From positions 18,304 through 82,303 of the forward strand of contig JBDWAR010000023.1 in assembly GCA_039978775.1 (NCBI GenBank): 64,000 nt of DNA, read 5' to 3'. The notes below the pieces were generated by a model. That model was given only the letters and a program-made list of their open reading frames with translations. It made no database searches and was not told the origin of the DNA. Positions 56,559 to 64,000 of the stretch are shown here, one piece after another. Origin of the DNA: Luteolibacter sp. Lineage in GTDB: Bacteria > Verrucomicrobiota > Verrucomicrobiia > Verrucomicrobiales > Akkermansiaceae. A program made the position numbers and the translations under genes. Every line of letters begins with the position of its first letter. Positions within the stretch are counted from its first letter, which is position 1.

Positions 56559-57533
56559 ATGGCGGTGCAATTCAGGGATTATTATGAGGTTCTGGGCGTG
56601 GGGCGCGATGCCTCACAGGCGGATGTGAAGAAGGCATTCCGCAAACTGGCGCGCAAGTACCATCCGGATGTGGCGGAGGACAAGACCACGGCGGAGGCGA
56701 AGTTCAAAGAGATCAACGAGGCCTACGAGGTGCTCAGTGATCCGGAGAAACGCAAGAAATACGATACGCTGGGAGCGAATTGGAATGGACAGTCACCACC
56801 GCCGCCGGGTGGAGGTGGGTATTCGTCGCGGGGTGGCGGTCAGATGCCGGAGGGTTTTGAGTTCGAGTTCGGCGGCACGGGTTTCAGTGATTTCTTCGAG
56901 CAGTATTTCTCCGGAGGAGGGGCACGGCGCGCGGCGGGGTATGGTGGCGGGGGTGGATTCCCGGGAGCGGGCGGGAAAATGCGAGGGCAGGATATTGAGG
57001 GGGATTTGATGGTAACCTTGGAGGAGGCTTTTTCCGGATCGATGAGGACTATCTCGCTGCGCAAGGCGGATCCGCGAACCGGGCAGGTAGTGACCGATGA
57101 GGTGCAGGTCAGGATCCCGGCCGGGATCGGCGAGGGTCAGCGGCTGAGGGTGCCGGGGCATGGCGGGAGCGGGACGGGTGGTGGCGAGGACGGGGATCTT
57201 TTCCTGCGGGTGAGGATGGCGGCGCATCCGGATTACCGGGTCAGCGGGCACGATATTTTCCGCGAACTCGAGCTGGCTCCGTGGGAGGCGGTGCTGGGGA
57301 CGACGATTTCGCTCAGCGTGCCGGGTGGCAAAACTGTGCAGGTAAAAATCCCTGCCGGGACTGGCTCGGGAGATCAGCTCAGGCTCAAGGGCTACGGTCT
57401 GCCGAAAAAGGCAGCGCCGGGGGATCTGTATGTGGAGGTCTCGATCGCCACTCCTCCGGCTATCGGCGAAGAGGAACGCAAGCTGTGGGAAAAGCTGCGC
57501 GATGTTTCGAAATTTAACCCGAGGGAAAACTGA
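56559..57533 (+). CDS. cbpA: DnaJ-class co-chaperone without zinc finger (CbpA-like)
   Basis: [18 protein letters not shown]-rich linker, DnaJ C-terminal domain. Confidence 0.9.
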   Translation: MAVQFRDYYEVLGVGRDASQADVKKAFRKLARKYHPDVAEDKTTAEAKFKEINEAYEVLSDPEKRKKYDTLGANWNGQSPPPPGGGGYSSRGGGQMPEGFEFEFGGTGFSDFFEQYFSGGGARRAAGYGGGGGFPGAGGKMRGQDIEGDLMVTLEEAFSGSMRTISLRKADPRTGQVVTDEVQVRIPAGIGEGQRLRVPGHGGSGTGGGEDGDLFLRVRMAAHPDYRVSGHDIFRELELAPWEAVLGTTISLSVPGGKTVQVKIPAGTGSGDQLRLKGYGLPKKAAPGDLYVEVSIATPPAIGEEERKLWEKLRDVSKFNPREN

Positions 57534-57534
57534 T

Positions 57535-57819
57535 ATGAAAACTGTGGAACCTGATCCGCACGCAATGCACTCACTGGAAGTTGTCATCCGCAGGACGGGA
57601 ACTTCGCGCAGGAAGATCATTTTTTATTGCCGGCAGGGGGTGCTGAGCGCCGCCCGGCAAGGAGATGACTGGCATTTTGATGAGGAATCGGTGATGCGGC
57701 TGCGACACATCGAAGCGCTGCGCCAGCAACACCGGATGAACTGGGCGGCGATACGCACGATCATGGGGCTGCTCGATGAAGTGGAGGTGCTGCGCGAGGA
57801 ACTGAGATTCAGGAGGTGA
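57535..57819 (+). CDS. cbpM: Chaperone modulator CbpM (MerR-like)
   Basis: Coupled to cbpA; WHFDEE.V.RLR.IEALR....N..AI..I..LLDEV..LR.EL. Confidence 0.75.
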   Translation: MKTVEPDPHAMHSLEVVIRRTGTSRRKIIFYCRQGVLSAARQGDDWHFDEESVMRLRHIEALRQQHRMNWAAIRTIMGLLDEVEVLREELRFRR

Positions 57820-57823
57820 CGCG

Positions 57824-57844
57824 TTCAAACTTTCAACCTCAAGG
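57824..57844. repeat. Short 7-mer array
   Basis: TTCAAAC TTTCAAC CTCAAGG directly after the cbpM stop. Confidence 0.4.
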
Positions 57845-57959
57845 AAGCCTGGGTCAGGGGGGCATAGGTTGGTTGTCGGAAACCCAATATCCAAAATTGA
57901 TGATCCTACCCCGCTGCTGCATGAAAGATTGATCACCGATGGGGTGTAGTTTTTTCCGC

Positions 57960-59342
57960 ATGACCCCGAGAAAATTTATCGCCCTGTTGCTGTTGATCGG
58001 CGGGTTCGCCACCGCAGATACGCCGCCGAATGTGATCTTCATCCTCGCGGATGATCTGGGGATGGGAGATCTCGGTTGTTATGGGCAGGAGAAACTCAAG
58101 ACTCCGAACATCGACCGCCTGGCAAAAGAGGGCATGCTCTTCAGTGACCATTACTCGGGCAATACGGTTTGTTCGCCGTCGCGTGCCGTGATCATGACCG
58201 GGCAGCATCCGGGGCATGTGCACTGCCGTGGCAATGGCGATGAAGATGGCTTTGCGCTCGATCCGGAAATGGTGACCCTGCCGCGTTTGTTCAAGAACGC
58301 GGGTTATGCCACCGGTGCCTTCGGGAAATGGGGCTTGGGGCAGACGCATCTCAAAGGCGCGTCCAATCCTCTGACGCATGGCTTTGACCATTTCAGCGGG
58401 TGGAAGAGCCAGCGGATCGCGCATACCTACTACCCAAGTAGTATCGTGCGTGATGGGGTGGAAGTGCCGCTAGATAAGGGGACTTTCGTGCACGATATGA
58501 TCATGGCGGATGCCTTTGGTTTTGTGAAAAACAGCGTGGAATCCAAGAAGCCGTTTTTCTGTTATATTCCGACCGCAGTCCCGCATGCGGCGATGCACGC
58601 ACCACAGGAGATGCATGAGAAGTGGCGCAAGGTGTATCCCGAGTTTGATAAAAAAACCGGAAAATACAGCGCGGGGCCGGGGGAGGTTTGTCCGCCGGTG
58701 CAGAATCCGATCGCGGGCTTTGCGGCGATGATGGAAAACCTCGATAATCAGATCGGCGAGTTGCTCGACATGTTGGTGGAGCTTGGGGTCGATGATAACA
58801 CGATCGTGATTTTCTCGAGCGACAATGGCACACATATTGAAGGTGGGCACAATCCGAAGTTCTGGGACTCGAATGGCCCGCTGCGCGGTCATAAACGCGA
58901 CCTTTACGAAGGAGGCATTCGGACTCCGTTCCTAGTGCGCTGGCCCGGCAAAATCGAAGCAGGAAGTAAGAGCGGCCATCTCAGTGCATTCTGGGATATT
59001 GTGCCCACAATGGCCGAGCTGGCGGGTCAACCGATTCCGGAACAAAGCGATGGAATCTCCATCGTGCCGACTTTGTTGGCGCAAGGCGAGCAGCCGAAGC
59101 ATACCTATCTCTATCACGAATTCGTTAACGGAGACTCCAAGCCCTACGCTGCCCGTTCCCTGCGTTCGGGTGACTGGAAGGTCGTGCAGAATGCGAAGAA
59201 GAAAGGCGGTGGTTTCGAGCCGATCGAGCTTTACAACCTGAAGGATGATCTTGAGGAGACCAAGAACCTCGCCAAGCAATACCCGGAGGTGGTTGCAACG
59301 ATGGAACGCTACATGGACGAGGCACATACCCCTTTGAAATAA
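57960..59342 (+). CDS. Arylsulfatase (S1 sulfatase)
   Basis: PNVIFILADDLG, CSPSRAVIMTG, GKWGLG, SSDNG, KRDLYEGGIRTP. Confidence 0.95.
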   Translation: MTPRKFIALLLLIGGFATADTPPNVIFILADDLGMGDLGCYGQEKLKTPNIDRLAKEGMLFSDHYSGNTVCSPSRAVIMTGQHPGHVHCRGNGDEDGFALDPEMVTLPRLFKNAGYATGAFGKWGLGQTHLKGASNPLTHGFDHFSGWKSQRIAHTYYPSSIVRDGVEVPLDKGTFVHDMIMADAFGFVKNSVESKKPFFCYIPTAVPHAAMHAPQEMHEKWRKVYPEFDKKTGKYSAGPGEVCPPVQNPIAGFAAMMENLDNQIGELLDMLVELGVDDNTIVIFSSDNGTHIEGGHNPKFWDSNGPLRGHKRDLYEGGIRTPFLVRWPGKIEAGSKSGHLSAFWDIVPTMAELAGQPIPEQSDGISIVPTLLAQGEQPKHTYLYHEFVNGDSKPYAARSLRSGDWKVVQNAKKKGGGFEPIELYNLKDDLEETKNLAKQYPEVVATMERYMDEAHTPLK

Positions 59343-59420
59343 GGAATTTTCCGTGGGGCTGAGTGGCTGGCTCGTAAAATTTGTGTTACTCTCCGCCTTT
59401 GCCTACCTTTACCCGTAGCG

Positions 59421-59981
59421 ATGGGGAGTTCTCAACAGGATCTGGATTTTATCAAGCTGAGCCAAGCGGGTGACCAGAAGGCTTTTGGCATGCTGGTGCG
59501 CGCTCACGAGGGTTGGCTCCGGGCGTGGCTGAGATCGCAGCTCCAGGATTGGACCGCAGCGGATGATCTCGCGCAGGATGCCTTCGTGACGGCGTTCTTG
59601 AAAATACGTGAGTTCCGGGGCGAGGGCAGTTTCGAAGCGTGGCTGCGGACCATCGCCCACAACCATTTCCGGAATCACATCAGGAAAAAACGCGAGGAAT
59701 ACGTCGGCGGACATCTTGAGCTGCAGGCGCTTCTAACAGCGGACGATGGCGATGATGTCGTGCACAACAGCGAGCCCCTCGATGCCCTGCGGGAGTGCAT
59801 GAAACTGGTCAAGGAGCCGGCGGGCAATCTGCTTAAGGAACGTTACACCATGGGCAAAACCTTACGTGAAATTGCCCAGGAAACAGGTGCCGGATACTCC
59901 TCTTTGACAATGACCTTTCATCGCGTCCGGCAGTCGCTGGCGGAGTGCATCGAGCTGAGAATGAACCGGGAAACGTCATGA
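59421..59981 (+). CDS. ECF sigma-70 factor
   Basis: AFGMLVRAH, ADDLAQDAFV.AF, FEAWLRTIA.N, region 4 HTH. Confidence 0.92.
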   Translation: MGSSQQDLDFIKLSQAGDQKAFGMLVRAHEGWLRAWLRSQLQDWTAADDLAQDAFVTAFLKIREFRGEGSFEAWLRTIAHNHFRNHIRKKREEYVGGHLELQALLTADDGDDVVHNSEPLDALRECMKLVKEPAGNLLKERYTMGKTLREIAQETGAGYSSLTMTFHRVRQSLAECIELRMNRETS

Positions 59982-61582
59982 GTATGGAAAAACATAGCAT
60001 GGAGTTATTGGCTCTTGTCCGCGATGGTGAGGCGACCCCCAAGCAGATTTCTGAGTTGAATACACTGCTTCGTGGGGATGCGTCGCTGCTGAAAATGGCC
60101 AGAGAGCAGAACAAGATGCACTCCCTGCTCAGTGTGGTTCTTGAAGACGAGCTTTCCAGCGAACGAAGGATTCATGGCATCATGGCGGAGGTGAAGGATG
60201 CCGATGCGGATCGCTTCGTGGAGGGCGTGGAGCATCGTCTGATGTGGCGACGCTGGAGAATGCGGGCGATGGCTGTCGCGGCCGTGCTGATGATCGCCTT
60301 GATCCCGGCGATTTATCTTTCACAGAAAGTGGCGAAGCCATCCACGATGGCGACTCTGCTTCGTGCGGATGGGGTGACGTGGACGGAATCGGTAATTGGA
60401 ATCGGCACGGCATTGGAAGCTGGCGCATCAGTAAAGATCGACCAAGGCATGTTGGAAATCGATCTGGATGGGCGGGGTCGCTTGATCCTAGAGGGGCCAG
60501 CTCATCTGGATTTTCCGGAAGAAGGGCGCGCGACTTTGACTCAAGGGCGAGTCGTCATGCGCGCCACTGAGAAAGGGCACGGCTACATGATCGAAACTCC
60601 CCAGGGCAACATCATCGATATTGGCACCGAGTTCGGCGTGACGGTGGGCAGCGATGGTCTGGTGGAAACCCATGTCATCGACGGCAGCATTGAAGCAATT
60701 CCGAAGGGTGGGAAATCGGTGACTCTGGTGCGCAACGATGCAATGAAGATGGGGCCGGGTGGTGGTGAATCGATCACTGCGGATCCGGGTCAGTTCTACA
60801 CCGAGATGCCGCCGCAGCATGGTAAGGCACCGCGCTATATCCGTTGGTCATTTGACGAGGGCGAAGGGAAAATTGTAGGCAGTGAGGGTGAGTTGGCGTC
60901 CTCGATATCGAATAAGGCGGATATGGTGCTGCAGTCCATGGGCAAAGGCGCGCTGCCATCGTGGATACCCGGGCCAAGCCCTGCGGCGGGCACTGCTTTG
61001 AGCTTTGATGGGGAAGGCAGTTATGCGGAAAGTGCTTACCGTGGCATCGGTGGCGGAAAGCCCCGTACAGTGTGCTTCTGGGTCAAGGTGCCGGATGACT
61101 TTTCCGCAACTCAGGGATACGGAATTGTATCGTGGGGAAAACATGATCCTCACCGCCCGGGTGAGGTCTGGCAGCTTTCGGCGAATCCGGAGGAGAAAGA
61201 CGGCCCGATTGGCCGGCTGAGGCTGGGGCTTATGGGCGGCCAGATCATCGGCTCCACCGATTTGCGCGATGGGAAATGGCATCACATCGGTGTGGTGATG
61301 TATGGCGGATCCCAGCCGAATGTCGGCACGCATGTGATTCTTTACGTCGACGGGGAGCTGGAAAAAATTCCCCGCCGTGCATTGCAGGAGGTGCGAACAG
61401 AAATCGATGAGGCTGAGCACGGGGTCTGGCTAGGCCGTAACTCTTCTTTCAGGGAAACAGGACAGAAACACCCGCTTGGTAAATTTTTCCGTGGTGGACT
61501 CGATGAACTCTACATTTTCGATGCAGCTCTAAGTCAAAGCGAGGTGCAGAGTCTGATGCGGAAACATCAAGCTGCTCGCTGA
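59978..61582 (+). CDS. FecR-domain anti-sigma factor with C-terminal LamG domain
   Basis: ATGA overlap with the sigma gene; TM helix; IETPQG.IIDIGTEFGV; WSFDEG, LRDGKWHHI, F.GGLDEL.IFD.ALS..EV. Confidence 0.88.
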   Translation: MSMEKHSMELLALVRDGEATPKQISELNTLLRGDASLLKMAREQNKMHSLLSVVLEDELSSERRIHGIMAEVKDADADRFVEGVEHRLMWRRWRMRAMAVAAVLMIALIPAIYLSQKVAKPSTMATLLRADGVTWTESVIGIGTALEAGASVKIDQGMLEIDLDGRGRLILEGPAHLDFPEEGRATLTQGRVVMRATEKGHGYMIETPQGNIIDIGTEFGVTVGSDGLVETHVIDGSIEAIPKGGKSVTLVRNDAMKMGPGGGESITADPGQFYTEMPPQHGKAPRYIRWSFDEGEGKIVGSEGELASSISNKADMVLQSMGKGALPSWIPGPSPAAGTALSFDGEGSYAESAYRGIGGGKPRTVCFWVKVPDDFSATQGYGIVSWGKHDPHRPGEVWQLSANPEEKDGPIGRLRLGLMGGQIIGSTDLRDGKWHHIGVVMYGGSQPNVGTHVILYVDGELEKIPRRALQEVRTEIDEAEHGVWLGRNSSFRETGQKHPLGKFFRGGLDELYIFDAALSQSEVQSLMRKHQAAR

Positions 61583-61792
61583 TTCGATACTCTCCCTATG
61601 GGGTTCCAGAAAATTTCGACCGCTTGGTAGAAAAAAATCAGTTTAATGAGTTATTTCAATGTGTTATTTGAGCGATGTGGCTACATTTCTCAGCTAACGA
61701 GCTGTTATCCTCTCTCAGTCCCCGTCTGAAAATAAATGATCCGCTCGGCAACCAAGCTCCAAGAAACCAAGAAACCCAGACAAATAAACCCC

Positions 61793-62416
61793 ATGAAAAT
61801 CAAAAACATCCTCACAGCGACAGTCATCGTCGGCGTGCTGGCAGCCGGTTCCGCGCAGGCGGCTGTAGTATTCAGCAGCATCGATAATACGGGTGGCACT
61901 CAAAGCAACCTCACCTCTCTCTCCGGCAAGGCCATCAATTTTGTGATCGGATCCGGGACTGACTACACACTGGACAACGTGGTTCTCAACATCGGAACCA
62001 TCAACGGCGCCGCCGCTCCAGTGGTGTCGATCTGGGCCAATGAAACTGGCGGCACGCCGATCGCCGGACCGAACCCATTGGAGACGCTTACTCTTTCCGG
62101 AACGTTCACTGCCAATAGCTTGAACACCTTCACTTCCACGGGTCTGTCACTGCAAGCTGACACGACGTATTGGCTCGTAGTCAGAGGTGAGAATACCAGT
62201 TCGTTTGCTTGGCTTGGCGATACTGATGCCGCTACTGTCGGAACGAATAACAATCGCCTATTCGGTAATGGGGGTAGCACTCCAGATACCTGGAACAGTG
62301 CTTCCGGTATTCTGAATGCTGCAACCATCAACGCCACCGCCGTTCCCGAGCCTTCTTCCGTAGGCCTTCTCGGACTCGGTGGCCTCGCGCTCATCCTGCG
62401 CCGTCGGCGCAACTAG
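61793..62416 (+). CDS. PEP-CTERM sorting domain protein
   Basis: Signal peptide; LQADTTYWLVV; ends VPEPSSVGLLGLGGLALILRRRRN. Confidence 0.92.
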   Translation: MKIKNILTATVIVGVLAAGSAQAAVVFSSIDNTGGTQSNLTSLSGKAINFVIGSGTDYTLDNVVLNIGTINGAAAPVVSIWANETGGTPIAGPNPLETLTLSGTFTANSLNTFTSTGLSLQADTTYWLVVRGENTSSFAWLGDTDAATVGTNNNRLFGNGGSTPDTWNSASGILNAATINATAVPEPSSVGLLGLGGLALILRRRRN

Positions 62417-62436
62417 GCGAGTCTCGCTGCAATTTC

Positions 62437-62479
62437 CCACAAAAGCCTCCAGCGTGATACAACGGAGGTGTTTTGTGGA
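62437..62479 (+). terminator. Probable terminator
   Basis: CCACAAAAGCCTCC ... GGAGGTGTTTTGTGG imperfect hairpin. Confidence 0.55.
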
Positions 62480-62572
62480 TTTGTGTCCTTCTCTCAAGAC
62501 CTGGCCAGCAGAAAACGGTAAGAACTCGCCGTCTGTTGATTGCCGGAAAATTTATCCCTACATTTAATTTAG

Positions 62573-64000
62573 ATGAAAAAATCCCTACTGGCCTTTGGCT
62601 TTATGATCGCTGCCCTGTCGCCGCTTGATGCAGGCGAGCAATACAGTGGAATTTACCCGCACCTGACGATGTATAATGACGAGAACGAGTGCGGCACTGG
62701 TGCTTTGGTTCCGTGGGCGGGGCGTTTGTGGGCGATCACGTATGCCCCTCACGAGCCGCAGGGCTCCTCCGACAAGCTTTACGAAATCACCCCCGATCTG
62801 AAGCGGATCATTCGCCCGGAAAGCATCGGCGGCACACCGGCGAACCGGATGATTCATCGCGAGTCCGACCAGCTCTTCATCGGGCCGTATGCGATCAGCG
62901 GGGAAGGTGATGTTCGCACCATTTCCGAGAAGGACATGCCCGGGCGGCTGACCGGCAACGCCCGCCACCTCACGGATCCCGCTGGGAAAATCTATTTCGC
63001 CACCATGGAGGAGGGGCTCTATTCCGTGGACGTAGATACCCTGGGCGTGGCGGAGCTGATCAAGGATGGGAACGGACAAAAGCCGGTCGGCGACGGGGTG
63101 AAATCCTCCCTGCATGGCTATCATGGAAAAGGTCTCTATTCCGGGCAGGATCGTGTCATCTATTCGAACAACGGGATGAAAAGCCCTGCCGCGAGGGAGA
63201 ATCCCACGGTGGCCTCCGGCGCGCTTGCCCAATGGTTTGGCGAAGGCGATTGGCAGCTTGTCCGCAAAAATCAGTTCACCGAGATCACAGGTCCGGGTGG
63301 AATTTACGGCAGTGAAAATCCCGCCACCGATCCTGTCTGGGCGATGGGCTGGGACGTGCGCTCCGTGCTTCTCGGCCTGCTTGAGGGCGGTGAGTGGACT
63401 TACTACCGCCTGCCAAAGGGCAGCCACTCCTATGATGGCGCCCACGGCTGGAATACGGAATGGCCGCGCATCCGCGAGATCGGCGAAACTGATTTCCTCG
63501 CCACCATGCACGGCACCTTCTGGCGCTTCCCGCCTACCTTCTCGAAGGCGAACACCGCAGGCATCGCCCCGCGCTCGAACTACCTGAAAGTCATCGGCGA
63601 CTTCTGCAAATGGAACGACAAGGTGGTCTTCGGTGGTGACGATTCCGCGAAAGCGGAGTTCCTCAACACCCGCCCCTTCAAGGCGGAGCACGCCGCTCCC
63701 GGGCAATCCAACTCCAACCTTTGGTTTGTCGATCCGGCACAGATCGACGAATTCGGCCCCGTCATCGGGCGTGGTTCCGTCTGGCTGCGCGATGCGGTGA
63801 AGGCCGGCGCCGCCAGCGATCCCTACCTTTTCTCCGGCTACGATCACCGCCAGCTCGTCCTCACCCATTCCACCGCCTCACCCGTCACCTTCACCCTAGA
63901 GGTGGATGAAAAGGGCAACGGCACATGGACGGAGCTGCGCACGATCACGGTCGGGGAAAAAGGCACCGCCACCCATTTTTTCACGGAAGGGGAGAGGGGA
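62573..64000 (+). CDS. Large exported conserved hypothetical protein (beta-propeller-like; runs off window)
   Basis: Not in the ORF track; MKKSLLAFGFMIAALSPLDA-GEQYSGIYPHLTMYNDENECGTGALVPWAGRLWAITY...; open to the window end. Confidence 0.8.
   Translation, partial: MKKSLLAFGFMIAALSPLDAGEQYSGIYPHLTMYNDENECGTGALVPWAGRLWAITYAPHEPQGSSDKLYEITPDLKRIIRPESIGGTPANRMIHRESDQLFIGPYAISGEGDVRTISEKDMPGRLTGNARHLTDPAGKIYFATMEEGLYSVDVDTLGVAELIKDGNGQKPVGDGVKSSLHGYHGKGLYSGQDRVIYSNNGMKSPAARENPTVASGALAQWFGEGDWQLVRKNQFTEITGPGGIYGSENPATDPVWAMGWDVRSVLLGLLEGGEWTYYRLPKGSHSYDGAHGWNTEWPRIREIGETDFLATMHGTFWRFPPTFSKANTAGIAPRSNYLKVIGDFCKWNDKVVFGGDDSAKAEFLNTRPFKAEHAAPGQSNSNLWFVDPAQIDEFGPVIGRGSVWLRDAVKAGAASDPYLFSGYDHRQLVLTHSTASPVTFTLEVDEKGNGTWTELRTITVGEKGTATHFFTEGERG

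Overview
GC-rich bacterial chromosome segment, most likely Verrucomicrobiota (Luteolibacter/Haloferula-like). This is inferred from five intact PEP-CTERM genes, a TIGR03790-type protein, sulfatases and FecR/LamG anti-sigma architecture. Housekeeping genes (RsmB-family methylase, lipA, murI, thiS, gltB, nasA, tRNA-Ala(GGC), pssA, cbpA/cbpM, KamA-family) alternate with accessory patches. The patches are: (i) a nitrite/NO module (sulfite-oxidase-like, DsrE, Rrf2, group III truncated globin, SCO, NirV-like, NirK-cytochrome c); (ii) a sugar-sensor two-component system divergent from two PEP-CTERM genes and a sulfatase/GH29/SGNH/esterase/beta-helix cluster, with a 19-bp palindrome repeated in all three promoters; (iii) a PEP-CTERM protein carrying Cys-Gln thioester-domain motifs; (iv) a DUF4062(TIR-like)-transmembrane-TPR receptor-like protein between a nested inverted-repeat element and a DinJ-YafQ pair; (v) an ECF sigma/FecR-LamG glycan locus. 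Several gene junctions carry degenerate 7-mer or 8-mer tandem repeats of two recurrent families. No CRISPR array, rRNA, intact transposase or integrase was seen. All calls are by eye from motifs; no searches were run.
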